60,350 nucleotides of DNA. It comes from Candidatus Hermodarchaeota archaeon (GTDB taxonomy: Archaea > Asgardarchaeota > Hermodarchaeia > Hermodarchaeales > Hermodarchaeaceae). Where the stretch lies: NCBI GenBank assembly GCA_016839995.1, contig JAEOTD010000055.1, positions 1-60,350 of the forward strand. Reading direction: 5' to 3'. The translations under genes were made by a program, and so were the position numbers. The notes beneath the pieces were generated by a model that worked only from the letters and a program-made list of their open reading frames with translations, was not told where the DNA came from and made no database searches. Shown here one piece after another: positions 9,656 through 19,695 of the stretch; position 1 is the stretch's first letter; each line of letters starts with the position of its first letter.

Positions 9656-10446
9656 CCTTTGGGAAGCTGTTTCCTCAGCTTTTTAACAATTTTGCTCGCG
9701 CGTTCTATACAGTCTGTGACTTCCTGACGACTGAAAGGTGTGGCTCCCCACTTTTGTATCGCAGCGATTGTATCGTCGCCATCAATAGCAATAGAGATTC
9801 GCGCCTCCAACACCCGTTCCTCTGCAAGATTTGGATCGACAAATATGCTATCCCCAATCTTCCCGAAAGTAACCGTCAGCGGCGGAGGCCCCATTTTAAG
9901 TGACGTTGTAGTTTCTAGAACTTCGGCTTCGCCTTCGTCGGTGATTTTCACCTGCGGAAGCTTTGTCTTCATGAGCGCGCTAACAGCGGCGATGGAAGCA
10001 ACATCGATAAGATTTCCGTGATCTGCAAGAATATACAGATCTACTAACACCAGGTATACGAATGCGCCAGCCTTAATGCACAAGTCACTCCGACTGATGG
10101 CATTCGAGTGACGAATACCTCGATCAACGACTCGCGCTAGTTCAATAGCCTGTTCGCCAGGAGGGCCTAATTCAAAGGTTGGTGATGCAATTGGGAACAG
10201 TTCGGAAGAAGTAATGACAACCCCTTCATCTGGTGTGTCAGGAAATGGTTTCCCAACCTGAATCTTCACACCCGCCAAGACACGAGTCTTACCTAACCGG
10301 GCTTCTGCAGAACCTTCAGCCTTCGTTATACGGTCCTGTGTAACTGAAACGGGGCGAACATCATCAAAGCCCCGACCATCAAGGCGTTTTCCTTCACGTA
10401 ACAGAGAAATTATCTGTTCGCGTTCAATTTCTGTAATGACATCCAT
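9652..10446 (-). CDS. rrp42: exosome complex component Rrp42
   Basis: 264 aa RNase PH-like. [17 protein letters not shown]. Synteny with rrp41 and rrp4. Confidence 0.9.
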   Translation of the reverse strand: MDVITEIEREQIISLLREGKRLDGRGFDDVRPVSVTQDRITKAEGSAEARLGKTRVLAGVKIQVGKPFPDTPDEGVVITSSELFPIASPTFELGPPGEQAIELARVVDRGIRHSNAISRSDLCIKAGAFVYLVLVDLYILADHGNLIDVASIAAVSALMKTKLPQVKITDEGEAEVLETTTSLKMGPPPLTVTFGKIGDSIFVDPNLAEERVLEARISIAIDGDDTIAAIQKWGATPFSRQEVTDCIERASKIVKKLRKQLPKG

Positions 10447-10452
10447 GTTTAA

Positions 10453-11379
10453 TCACTCCTTGGTCTCTGAACCCTCATCCTTTGTTTTCGAGCTCTTGCT
10501 CTTCTTAGTAGTCTTGGGCTTCGCGTCTTTCTTCTCAGTCTTTGCCCGTTTGATGCGCTTTTTCGTAACCTTGGGTTCTTCTTCCGGTTTCTCTTCCATC
10601 TCTTTGGGAGCGTCTTTGTCTTCACCAATCTTTTCCCGAATTTGGGCATATTTTTCGAGAAGCACAGCTCGCTGCATTTCTTGGATTTGATGAATTCCTT
10701 CTTCTCCCATTCGAAGAGCTTCACTAAACTCTGCTGGAGTTAGTTTTCCATCCATTTGGAGAAGAGTGATTTCACCACGATCCGGAGCCATTGCCAGTGG
10801 TACATCAGCATCTCCGATTTTGTCTTCGATATCACTCAAATCCAAAACGACTTTGCCATCAATCTTTCCTGCCGCAACTCCCGCAACGAGTCCTCGCATG
10901 GGGATTCCGGCGTCGGCAAGGGCTAATGACGCTGCTGTGACGCTCGCACATCTTGATCCTCCATCGGCTTCAAGAACCATGATAAAAACATCAATTACTG
11001 CACGAGGGTACATCTTCAGAAATAGCATAGGTTCAAGTGCTTGACGTAGAACCATTGAAATTTCATGTTCTCGACGACTTGGAGCAGGACGTTTTCGGTC
11101 AGACACAGAAAACGTCGCCATCCGATATATTACGCGGAGCAGGACACGATCTGATTGGGCTAGATGACGCGGATGGAGTTCGCGCGGGCCGTACACCGCG
11201 GCTACAATCTTGTTTCTGCCATGTTCAATGTAAGCAGATCCATCTGCGCGACTAAGATTGCCCACTTGCAATTTTATTGGTCGTAGTTCATCGAGTTTTC
11301 GACCATCTGCACGTCGCCCTTTTGCATCTATCAATGGCTGTTCTGCTTCAGCTTTTTTCTCACTCATTTTATTCACCAT
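10453..11379 (-). CDS. rrp41: exosome complex exonuclease Rrp41 with Lys/Glu-rich C-terminal tail
   Basis: 308 aa. RADGRKLDELRPI plus an RNase PH core. The last ~60 aa (PKEMEEKPEEEPKVTKKRIKRAKTEKKDAKPKTTKKSKSSKTK) are low-complexity extension. Confidence 0.9.
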   Translation of the reverse strand: MVNKMSEKKAEAEQPLIDAKGRRADGRKLDELRPIKLQVGNLSRADGSAYIEHGRNKIVAAVYGPRELHPRHLAQSDRVLLRVIYRMATFSVSDRKRPAPSRREHEISMVLRQALEPMLFLKMYPRAVIDVFIMVLEADGGSRCASVTAASLALADAGIPMRGLVAGVAAGKIDGKVVLDLSDIEDKIGDADVPLAMAPDRGEITLLQMDGKLTPAEFSEALRMGEEGIHQIQEMQRAVLLEKYAQIREKIGEDKDAPKEMEEKPEEEPKVTKKRIKRAKTEKKDAKPKTTKKSKSSKTKDEGSETKE

Positions 11380-12070
11380 TTAATTCCGCAAGCTTTTGAT
11401 TTATGAAATCCCGAACACGATCAGTTAATCCACTAGTATGTGCTTCGCGTTCGATTTGTCGAATTGCTTCAGTTGCAATTTTCATGCGCTTAGGATTCCC
11501 CTTTACCCACACTATTCCGTTTTGCCCGACGACAATATCAATCTGAAGATCTGATTTGAGCATATTAATCATAGACCCTTTTCGACCAATTAGCCGTGGG
11601 ACACGAGTAGGAATAATGGTTAGAAGCATCCCACCACGAACCTTTCCAAGACCTCGACCTAGAGTGGTAACCAAGGGATCTCTTGTTCGGTCTGCTGCAA
11701 TGATTTCAGCGACCACCGTTTCACCTATGTCATAGTATCTTCTGAGGTTTTCTTTAGCGTGGACTGCATCTCGACGGGATAATGCATGCATGACGGGAAG
11801 CATTGCTGGGTATGGGCTGTGAAAATCAAGTAGCCATCCATTCAGCGTAACTTCCACAACGTTGCCAATTATGATATCACGAACCTTTGGAATATATTGT
11901 CCCTTCAGGGGAACAACATAGACCGTTTTGCCTTTCATTTTCGCCACACCGATAACTGAGGCGAATACTTTCTCTTGTTCTTTGTAGGCTCCATCACCAT
12001 TTCGAAAATCGCCTTCGGCGAGGAGCTGTCCAGGAACGACAATATCTTGTTGTTCAAAATGAATTGACAC
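11369..12070 (-). CDS. rrp4: exosome complex RNA-binding protein Rrp4
   Basis: 233 aa. S1 plus KH architecture (IGRKGSMINMLK is the KH GxxG region). Conserved synteny. Confidence 0.9.
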   Translation of the reverse strand: MSIHFEQQDIVVPGQLLAEGDFRNGDGAYKEQEKVFASVIGVAKMKGKTVYVVPLKGQYIPKVRDIIIGNVVEVTLNGWLLDFHSPYPAMLPVMHALSRRDAVHAKENLRRYYDIGETVVAEIIAADRTRDPLVTTLGRGLGKVRGGMLLTIIPTRVPRLIGRKGSMINMLKSDLQIDIVVGQNGIVWVKGNPKRMKIATEAIRQIEREAHTSGLTDRVRDFINQKLAELNGE

Positions 12071-12085
12071 GGTTGGTTTAGCCTC

Positions 12086-12835
12086 CTATAGTGTTTCCTT
12101 TTTCAAAATTTTGATTTCAGCTCGACCACGAGTAAGATTATTGAGGGCATCAATGAGTTCCCCGCGAAGTCCAGCCGGAACCTCAACGATGGCAATCCAT
12201 GACCCATCCTTTTGCCATTCTTCCTTCACGATATGTCCTTGACGTTCTACAATTCCGTAGCCTTTGGGAGCAAAGTCGGGAGGGATTTTCACCGCGATTT
12301 GTTGGATTTCCATACGGATCGGGATGATGGGTGCCAATGCCTTGACTACTTCACGGGCTTGTTCTTCTGCACTCTGAGTAGAGTCAATTACGACATGAGC
12401 TTCTTCCATCGCGGATTCAATACGTGTTGGTGGATGCGGTAGACCAGTTTTGGGATTGATTGAGTTACGGACGATGATGTCAATTACTTGCCGTCGCCGT
12501 TTCTCCACCATCTCACGACGTTGTTCGGTCGTAAGTTGAAGAGAGCCTTTTTCAAGAATTACGCGAGCGATTTCAAGTTCATCCGTGGTTCCAAAGGCTT
12601 CTTCCAGCGCTTCAATTGGAGATTTTTTACTTCGAAGTGCATCTTCAAAGATTGTTTCTCCACGAAGTATTTCTCGAAATTCGATGTCTTCTCCCTGCTT
12701 GAAGTTCCAAGCTAATTTGGGATCAACAATAATTTCGAATCGATGCCCATGGGTTTCTAATTGGGCTAAAGCTGCATCACCTAGATCGACACGTTTGTCG
12801 CCGCGCATTCCACCCATTCCAGACATGACATTCAC
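12086..12835 (-). CDS. ribosome maturation protein SBDS/Sdo1
   Basis: 249 aa. AQLETHGHRFEIIVDPKLAWNFKQG is the typical SBDS N-terminal domain. Superoperon position. Confidence 0.85.
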   Translation of the reverse strand: MNVMSGMGGMRGDKRVDLGDAALAQLETHGHRFEIIVDPKLAWNFKQGEDIEFREILRGETIFEDALRSKKSPIEALEEAFGTTDELEIARVILEKGSLQLTTEQRREMVEKRRRQVIDIIVRNSINPKTGLPHPPTRIESAMEEAHVVIDSTQSAEEQAREVVKALAPIIPIRMEIQQIAVKIPPDFAPKGYGIVERQGHIVKEEWQKDGSWIAIVEVPAGLRGELIDALNNLTRGRAEIKILKKETL

Positions 12836-12846
12836 CTTTCCTTAGA

Positions 12847-13569
12847 TTACGCCGAATTCAAGATTTGTTGAATGGCCTTTTCTTTTAGTTGCACGAATTT
12901 CTTATCCGCGGTTGTTACTTTGGCAGCTACAAGTCCCTCAGGTTGGAGGGGAGTGGCATTGGTTTCCTTATGTATTCGAATGGCGAGATGTAGAGCTTCC
13001 TCAACGGTGAGAGAAGGGGAATATTCTTTTTCCAGCATTGAATTCATTTGGTCAGCACCCATACCAACTGCATGGGCCTTATAGCTCCAAAAGGCTCCAA
13101 TTGGCGTTGTGAGATAGAGTTGAGGTGCTGAGTCAACACCGATGAGGAGCATGGACACCCCATAGGGTCGGGTTCCTCCTTGCTGAGTGTAAGATTGAAT
13201 ATGGTCACTGACTTTCTTACTTAGCGTTTTTACTGGAATCGGTTCATCGAAAGTTAAGTGGTTGATTTGCGCCAGCTCACGGGTGTATCGTACAAGATGG
13301 CGTGCATCACCTGACAGCCCCGCAATTGCGGTACCAATCGATGTGTCAATAGTGAAGATTTTGTCATTGTGGTTGGGTTCCTGAAGAGCATGTTTTCTTA
13401 GTGCTGCGGTTAATACCACACCATCTGAACCGCGAATTCCCATGATTGGAGTACCCTTTCGAACCGCCTCAAAGGCGTATTCAACCTGAAATAGGCGTCC
13501 CTCTGGACTAAATGTAGTTAAGGCAATATCATAGCTTTGGGTGTTACCTAACAACGAGGGGTCCTCCAT
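12847..13569 (-). CDS. psmA: proteasome subunit alpha
   Basis: 240 aa. YDIALTTFSPEGRLFQVEYAFEAV signature. Confidence 0.95.
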   Translation of the reverse strand: MEDPSLLGNTQSYDIALTTFSPEGRLFQVEYAFEAVRKGTPIMGIRGSDGVVLTAALRKHALQEPNHNDKIFTIDTSIGTAIAGLSGDARHLVRYTRELAQINHLTFDEPIPVKTLSKKVSDHIQSYTQQGGTRPYGVSMLLIGVDSAPQLYLTTPIGAFWSYKAHAVGMGADQMNSMLEKEYSPSLTVEEALHLAIRIHKETNATPLQPEGLVAAKVTTADKKFVQLKEKAIQQILNSA

Positions 13570-13700
13570 AAACGCCTAATAAGAAGGGAGTTGTGTGAAA
13601 GCCCTCTTACTTTTCGTTGGTCTTGTAGGTTTGCCGTTTAGGAGTTGCACCTTTAAAATCTTGTTATTGACGAAGCCGATTTTTTTTGTCCAACCAGAGG

Positions 13701-14093
13701 CTAATCTTGGGCTTGGTGGAGATAGTAGATTACTCCAATACAAAGGAGTCCCGTTAAGAGGGCATGAAGCCATCCAAAGCCAACAAAGGCAATCACGACG
13801 ATAATTGCTAGAAAGATGATGAGTTCAAACCACCCGGCAGTTTCACCATAATATTCACGAAGATTGCCAAAAAGAATTACAAGTCCAATGAAGATTAGAA
13901 CAAGGAGTAGAATGGCTAAAACCCCAGCAACCACTGGACCAATGAAATCGAGAAACTGTCCAACTTGACCCCAACGAGTGATCATCAAAACAATCAATAT
14001 ACTGAAAATCACGATGACTGCTGTACTGATGATCATACTGCGGCGCATAAATCTTCGATCGCGAGACTTATTTTTTGACATCGCTCGGGGCAA
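13701..14093 (-). CDS. small integral membrane protein, function unknown
   Basis: 130 aa. Basic N-terminus followed by about four hydrophobic helices. No family recognised. Confidence 0.5.
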   Translation of the reverse strand: MPRAMSKNKSRDRRFMRRSMIISTAVIVIFSILIVLMITRWGQVGQFLDFIGPVVAGVLAILLLVLIFIGLVILFGNLREYYGETAGWFELIIFLAIIVVIAFVGFGWLHALLTGLLCIGVIYYLHQAQD

Positions 14094-14168
14094 CCTCGTA
14101 TCGTTTGGCTTGAGATGCGAAGACTCAAAAGGTGAGAAGCTTTTAAGTCTTTGGCTGGGGGTTCACCT

Positions 14169-14606
14169 ATGGCTCAGCCCCGCGTCGCTCGAATTCAGTT
14201 GACATCACTCCAAAGGCGGCAATTATATGGAGTGCGTAGACGTGCGTGGCCTAACGAGGGGTGTGCACTACTTCTTGGAACCTTTAGTGAAGGGGGTCTA
14301 ATTGCTCGTGTTTTTCGTGTCGCTGAAACGAAAAATATCGCGAATTCAATGTCAGCATTTGAAATTGATCCCGAACATCAATACTGTATTCTCGCAGCAG
14401 CCTCAAAAGAAGGATTGGAGCAGGTGGGCATTTATCATTCGCACCCCGCACCCCCCGAGCCTTCGGAAAGTGACTTAGAATTCATGAAATACAATCCTTG
14501 CGTTTGGGTCATAGATGGCAGAAAACGCCTGCGGTTTCGAATGAAAGCGTATCAATTGTGGCAAGGATTCCTTTTATCCGTTGATATTGATATTGTGCCC
14601 GAATAA
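14169..14606 (+). CDS. JAMM/MPN+ family metalloprotease
   Basis: Catalytic Glu (NEGCALLLG) and HSHPAPPEPSESD metal-binding motif. ATG at 14169 preferred over the TTG at 14151 used by the ORF track. Confidence 0.8.
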   Translation: MAQPRVARIQLTSLQRRQLYGVRRRAWPNEGCALLLGTFSEGGLIARVFRVAETKNIANSMSAFEIDPEHQYCILAAASKEGLEQVGIYHSHPAPPEPSESDLEFMKYNPCVWVIDGRKRLRFRMKAYQLWQGFLLSVDIDIVPE

Positions 14607-14773
14607 GAGGTGGGGGCTCTCGGCTCGTCGCGAGATCGTCATAGCACAAGGCTCAGTTTGGAGCGGCGGGGCTTCACTGAACCCCGGAGACTTTGACGAC
14701 AAGGCGAGTTTTATCTGTTTTGGCGCAGATTTCAAAATCAAGGAAAGTAACTGAATTCGCTGTTGATTGAACC

Positions 14774-15130
14774 CTATCGGTGTTTCCGAGGTCTGACAAC
14801 ATCTTGAGCGTTAAGTTTAGGGAGATGAGCCACGGCTTTGCGAATTGTACCGCTAATACCAACGATATGAAAAATAAGGGGTATCGAATTGATTTCCGTT
14901 ATCGTGGCTAGAGCAGCTCGGAGGGGTCGAACCTGAGTATGTTGGCAGCGAATAATGGCACTCTGTTCTTTGGGGTGATAGGACGTTAACCAAAAACCAA
15001 TGCGACTTACACCTAATTCTCCGTATAGTGCTTGTAATTGTTGCCAGATGGCATTTCGGAAATTTGATTCGGGAGGGAGTTTGTGCGAAGTGTGAATTTG
15101 TACTGCTAGATAGCGTTGCCTCGGTCGCAT
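14774..15130 (-). CDS. rnp2: RNase P protein component 2 (Pop5)
   Basis: 118 aa. RPRQRYLAVQI...GELGVSRIG...IIRCQHTQV...ISGTIRKA is the Pop5 pattern. Adjacent to Rpp30. Confidence 0.8.
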   Translation of the reverse strand: MRPRQRYLAVQIHTSHKLPPESNFRNAIWQQLQALYGELGVSRIGFWLTSYHPKEQSAIIRCQHTQVRPLRAALATITEINSIPLIFHIVGISGTIRKAVAHLPKLNAQDVVRPRKHR

Positions 15131-15132
15131 TG

Positions 15133-15816
15133 CTAAGATTCCCTCCTTGACGACGTTTTTTTCTGCCCTCTTGAAGGCTGGAGGGAAGATACAAGGTCCC
15201 TTGGTCCTTGATTCATAGCCATTTTTGCAGTTTCCTCGGGGACTGATGCCAGGTAACTTAACGCTTCTAAATCTTTGGAAGCTCGAAGCTCACAGGAATG
15301 TGTAGCTCCAGAAGTAAGAATGAGTTTACAATCAGCTCGAACAATATGATCCAATGCAGTGTGCATCACACGTATTAACCGAGATCGAAGTGAGCCTGTA
15401 TGAGTAAGAAGCCTGTGAAGGCAAATTTCGATTGGTTTGCCATGCTTTGCTATTGTCCGTGCAACTTGTGAATCAATTACTTGAAAATCTTCTATTTCTT
15501 TGAGCAGAATCATGTGAACGTCTGGTATTTGAGCTGCGGCAAGCCATATTGGCTTAGTTCGACCATGAATAATAAGAAGATCAACCTGTTTTAGATGCTT
15601 ATTCACATGGAATCGAAGACGCGACGCGCTTCGTGGAGAAAAGGTGAATCGATGAAGCAGCTCAAGGCTTTCAGGGCAATTTTTGATTGAAAAGGGTTTG
15701 AGTGAATCGATTGCTAATCCATCAAAGCCCAGTGTAGATACTTGTTTCAGAAGGCGGTCAACCTCCATTTCGGTGTTCTTTGAGGGCAACCGAACATGGA
15801 GATCATAGGTCCGCAT
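15133..15816 (-). CDS. rnp3: RNase P protein component 3 (Rpp30)
   Basis: 227 aa, TIM-barrel-like Rpp30 family (YDLHVR... N-terminus). Conserved superoperon position. Confidence 0.75.
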   Translation of the reverse strand: MRTYDLHVRLPSKNTEMEVDRLLKQVSTLGFDGLAIDSLKPFSIKNCPESLELLHRFTFSPRSASRLRFHVNKHLKQVDLLIIHGRTKPIWLAAAQIPDVHMILLKEIEDFQVIDSQVARTIAKHGKPIEICLHRLLTHTGSLRSRLIRVMHTALDHIVRADCKLILTSGATHSCELRASKDLEALSYLASVPEETAKMAMNQGPRDLVSSLQPSRGQKKTSSRRES

Positions 15817-15828
15817 TTTCTTCCAATC

Positions 15829-16287
15829 CTAGATAAGGTTGAACTCACGACAACTAGTTTCAATCTCATTGAGTGTTGGTTTTCGCCCGGAAAACCGAAT
15901 CACCAAGCGGATTGAATCACCGCGATTAATTATCCGTATTCGTCCTTGATAAGCCTCCTGTTTATCAAGGCGGAGAAAGAGGTGTCCCTTTGTGTTGACA
16001 CGCGAGGGAAAAGTTTGAGCGAGCTGGTTCCGATCCTCGGATGGTAGCTGTTGCCCAATGGCGGAGATGGTCTGTCTAACGAGGGCTTGCTGCGTTAGCT
16101 GGGTTTCAATGCGAAATATTGGATTATGATAGTGTCCTCGCAGTTTCGTAGTTTTGAAGTGGAGATTTTTTTGGATACTCTGGGGAAAAATTTGCTCAAT
16201 TGCTGTTCTAACCTTGTCGGCATCTTCGGTGGCTTGAACAGCAGCTTGAACATCTAGACGAACCGGTCCGCTTTCATTTGCGGCCAC
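15829..16287 (-). CDS. conserved archaeal RNA-binding protein (DUF54/COG1931-like, exosome-superoperon associated)
   Basis: 152 aa at the conserved slot between rpl15e and rnp3. Assignment is mostly by synteny. Confidence 0.45.
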   Translation of the reverse strand: MAANESGPVRLDVQAAVQATEDADKVRTAIEQIFPQSIQKNLHFKTTKLRGHYHNPIFRIETQLTQQALVRQTISAIGQQLPSEDRNQLAQTFPSRVNTKGHLFLRLDKQEAYQGRIRIINRGDSIRLVIRFSGRKPTLNEIETSCREFNLI

Positions 16288-16319
16288 GGATTAAGCACTC
16301 TCCAAAAGGGGATCATCTA

Positions 16320-16895
16320 TTATTTCCCACGACGCCCATATTTACCAATACTGGGACGGAGTTTTTCTGTGCCTGTACCTCGGTGGCGTAGACCACGAGA
16401 GGTTTTACCAGCAGGTGATAAACCTCGAAACACCCGACCTTTATGAGTGGGGTCACAAATCCAGTTGATGCGAGAGTCAGCCTGGATAACCGGATGAGTG
16501 GGGTCCACAAGAACGATTTCGTACCAGAGGCTCTTTCCATCCTCAGCAATGTAATACGAGCCCAAGATGCGCATGTTGGGGTACTTCCGAGCGGTGCGTT
16601 CTTCGGCAATCCATTGACGACTACGCCCAGGAGTTATCTTGACGGTTCCCATCTTCTTAGGCTTCCGACCCATTGTAGGTCGCGGTTTGCGTCGCGAGCC
16701 GCGGGGAATTCGTTGGCGTACTACAATAAAACCCTGTTTTGCTCGATATCCGAGTTGTCGGGCCCGATCGAGTCGTGTTGGCTTATCAATACGAGTAGTC
16801 GTGGGTTCTTTTCGCCACTCAATAAGCCGTGAACGAATAAGGGCTTTCAACTCTTTGTCATGGCTTGCATAAAGCTTGCCAATGTGCTTGTACAT
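16320..16895 (-). CDS. rpl15e: 50S ribosomal protein L15e (eL15)
   Basis: 191 aa. MYKHIGKLY...RLIEWRKEPT...RLDRARQLGYRAKQGF. Confidence 0.95.
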   Translation of the reverse strand: MYKHIGKLYASHDKELKALIRSRLIEWRKEPTTTRIDKPTRLDRARQLGYRAKQGFIVVRQRIPRGSRRKPRPTMGRKPKKMGTVKITPGRSRQWIAEERTARKYPNMRILGSYYIAEDGKSLWYEIVLVDPTHPVIQADSRINWICDPTHKGRVFRGLSPAGKTSRGLRHRGTGTEKLRPSIGKYGRRGK

Positions 16896-16960
16896 TTATG
16901 TAGACGCCTCCGCGTAATAGGAGATAGCGAAACGCCATTCACTATAAAATTGTTATGCTG

Positions 16961-17902
16961 CTACTTCAGGATAGCCATCACTTTCTCTGCAATTATCATA
17001 GAATTAGCCCGTGACGCTTCATTGGTTTGTGCCCCGATATGGGGAGTTGATACTACGTTGGGAAGCGCAACAAGTTTTTCAAGCAAGGCATTACCAAACG
17101 GAGGTTCATCGGAAAACACGTCAATCCCTGCCCCACCTAGATGACCATCAACCAAACTCTGATAGAGCGCCTGCTCATTCACAATGCCTCCACGTGCCGT
17201 GTTAATCAAAATGGCTCCTTGTGGCATAGCAGTCAACTCTTTTTCTCCCACCAGTCCACGCGTCTGTGGAATTAAAGGTACATGTACTGTGAGAATATCA
17301 GATACAGAAACCAGCTCTTCAGCAGAAACAGAATTGACACCTAAGTCTTTCATAACTTCGATTCTCTGTGGAGCTAGATCGTATCCATAAACTGTCATCC
17401 CGAATGCTAATGCGCGTTTTGCAACTTCCTCACCAATGAGTCCAAACCCCCAAACTCCCATCCGTCGTCCACGCATCTCGCCTCCTTTACTGACTTTCTT
17501 TAACCATTCACCACGTCGAATACCTGAGTCTCCGAATGAAATTTTCCGTAATACGTTAAGAGCCAGTGCAAAAACCAACTCAGCAACAGATACTGAAGGT
17601 CCTTCAGGAGAATTGACCACTTGAATTCCCTTCTCCTTTGCCACTACTCGATCCACGTTATCTAGCCCCACGCCTGCCCGGGCAATCACTTTCAAAGACG
17701 TGCCAGCTTCAATTACCTCTTTTGTAACCTTGGTTCGACTCCGGACGACAATCGCATCAAAACCTTCGATTGTTCTTGTCAGCTGCTCCGGAGTAATATC
17801 CGTGTTAAGCTCGAGGTCGAACCCCGCATTGTTGAGTTGTTCAATAGCATCCTTGTGAATAGGATCTGCTACCAAGATACGGCCTTTGCCCATGTTTTTC
17901 AC
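16961..17902 (-). CDS. D-isomer-specific 2-hydroxyacid dehydrogenase (phosphoglycerate dehydrogenase-like, short form)
   Basis: 313 aa. NAD-binding [29 protein letters not shown] and TPHIGAQT catalytic region. Confidence 0.8.
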   Translation of the reverse strand: MKNMGKGRILVADPIHKDAIEQLNNAGFDLELNTDITPEQLTRTIEGFDAIVVRSRTKVTKEVIEAGTSLKVIARAGVGLDNVDRVVAKEKGIQVVNSPEGPSVSVAELVFALALNVLRKISFGDSGIRRGEWLKKVSKGGEMRGRRMGVWGFGLIGEEVAKRALAFGMTVYGYDLAPQRIEVMKDLGVNSVSAEELVSVSDILTVHVPLIPQTRGLVGEKELTAMPQGAILINTARGGIVNEQALYQSLVDGHLGGAGIDVFSDEPPFGNALLEKLVALPNVVSTPHIGAQTNEASRANSMIIAEKVMAILK

Positions 17903-18021
17903 CTAATTTTTTAGCTCTGCAAATGTACTTCCGTTGGTGTTGAAGTATTGGTAGTTGCGAATGCAGCAATCGCTGTCATTTATTTGTTATCGTTATTATT
18001 AGTTCATGGAGGTTACAGGCC

Positions 18022-19230
18022 TTGTTAATTGGAATTGTCGGCAAACCGTCATCAGGAAAAAGTACCTTTCTGAACGCAGCCTGTCGCACTGCCGCAAAGG
18101 TTGGAGCTTACCCCTTTACAACCATAGAACCTAATCCCGGTACCGCGTATGTTCGTGTCGAATGCCTTTGCCAAGAATTCGAAGTTACCTGTAATGCGAA
18201 AAATTCTGTGTGCCGTGACGGAGTACGCCTAATTCCCATCGAAATGCTCGATGTGGCAGGACTCGTTCCTGATGCTCACTTGGGAAGAGGGCGAGGTAAT
18301 AAATTCCTAGATGATCTTAGCCGTGCAGACGCGTTTATTCATGTGGTGGATACGTCTGGTTCCCTCGATGCAGAAGGCCGGGACGTCGAGTCAGGAACTT
18401 GGGACCCCCGCCAAGATGTCGAGTTCTTAGAACGAGAAATTAACATGTGGCTTGTCCAAATCCTCCATCGAGACTGGCGACGTCTTTCACGCAGAGCTGA
18501 AACTGAGAAATTGAAAATCACGTCCCTGTTAGGTGAAAAACTCTCCGGACTCCAGATTAGTGAGCTGGCAATTAAAACTGCAATTCGAGATGTGGAACTC
18601 CAAACAGACAAACCAGCATCATGGTCAGAGGAGGAACTGGAAAAGTTTGTTCAAAGACTTCGCCGCCGAGCAAAGCCAATGGTCATTGCTGCCAATAAGG
18701 TTGATCGTCCACAAGCGGCTAAGAATCTTGAAGGATTACAACAGCTGACCGATGAAACGGTTATTCCCTGTACTGCAGCGGGGGAATTTGCATTACGTAA
18801 TCTTAGTGAAAAGGGAGTAATCTCTTACCAACCAGGTGCATCCAATTTTGAAATCCTGACTCCCAAGGAGTTGGGTGAGACTGAACAATCCCAATTACAG
18901 CGATTACAGACAGAAATTTTAGACAAGTACGGTTCCACGGGAATCCAACAGGTTTTGAACACGGTCATCTTTGATGTGCTTCAACTGATTCCAGTCTATC
19001 CCGTAGAAGATGCAGGAAAGCTCTCAGACCATGATGGTAATATCCTTCCCGATGTTTATCTGGTTTCTAAAGGGACAACCGCGCGTCAACTTGCTTACAA
19101 GATTCATACGGATTTGGGAGATACCTTCATTCACGCTTTGGATGCCCGTACAAAAAAACGTCTTGCAGAAAACTATGAGCTGCAAGCCAATGATGTGATC
19201 CGTATTGTCGCAGCGGGCGCCACCCATTGA
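18022..19230 (+). CDS. Obg-like ATPase/GTPase of the YchF/Ygr210 subfamily with C-terminal TGS domain
   Basis: 402 aa. TTG start 8 nt after GGAGGT. P-loop GIVGKPSSGKST, and NKVD G4 motif. Confidence 0.8.
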   Translation: MLIGIVGKPSSGKSTFLNAACRTAAKVGAYPFTTIEPNPGTAYVRVECLCQEFEVTCNAKNSVCRDGVRLIPIEMLDVAGLVPDAHLGRGRGNKFLDDLSRADAFIHVVDTSGSLDAEGRDVESGTWDPRQDVEFLEREINMWLVQILHRDWRRLSRRAETEKLKITSLLGEKLSGLQISELAIKTAIRDVELQTDKPASWSEEELEKFVQRLRRRAKPMVIAANKVDRPQAAKNLEGLQQLTDETVIPCTAAGEFALRNLSEKGVISYQPGASNFEILTPKELGETEQSQLQRLQTEILDKYGSTGIQQVLNTVIFDVLQLIPVYPVEDAGKLSDHDGNILPDVYLVSKGTTARQLAYKIHTDLGDTFIHALDARTKKRLAENYELQANDVIRIVAAGATH

Positions 19231-19665
19231 CTATCGAGTCTCTCGCTCATAGTAACCCCAGATTTTCTTGGTGCCAAAACTTCGAAGTCCTTGAGCCTTT
19301 AATTGGTTCCGTAATTCCTTAGCGTGGTTCGGATTTATCTCCCCGCGTTTTTCCAAAAAATCAATTATTTCCAGTGCTTCATCTTCTGTGTTGCATCGCC
19401 GGAGAAAATCGATAATATCAGGTGAATAGCCAGAAAATCGATCTTCGTCGGTCCTCACCGGTTGGCGAGTTCGGTCGGTATCTTCCCAACGTACGCCGTC
19501 AATACGAACATCCGCTTTGGAAGATTGCATTTCATTCGCCAAATGGGGTAAATGCCCTAAGACCTTGTCTGTTAAATCCTCGCTTTCGGCATCTGTTACA
19601 TCTTTCTCTATATTGGAGGCAATGTCCGTAGTTTTCTTCGACTTTGATTTTCGTTTTGCACCCAT
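19231..19665 (-). CDS. conserved archaeal hypothetical protein (DUF2095-like)
   Basis: 144 aa. C-terminal GYSPDIIDFLRRCNTEDEALEIIDFLEKRGEINPNHAKELRNQL...SFG resembles DUF2095 as recalled from memory. Confidence 0.4.
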   Translation of the reverse strand: MGAKRKSKSKKTTDIASNIEKDVTDAESEDLTDKVLGHLPHLANEMQSSKADVRIDGVRWEDTDRTRQPVRTDEDRFSGYSPDIIDFLRRCNTEDEALEIIDFLEKRGEINPNHAKELRNQLKAQGLRSFGTKKIWGYYERETR

Positions 19666-19695
19666 ATTGTTACCTCAAACTAAGACAATGTTCGA

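Noticed and set aside
14853-15194. 113-aa ORF overlapping pop5 and rpp30
   Set aside because: It is an alternative frame across two conserved RNase P subunit genes, with no independent support.
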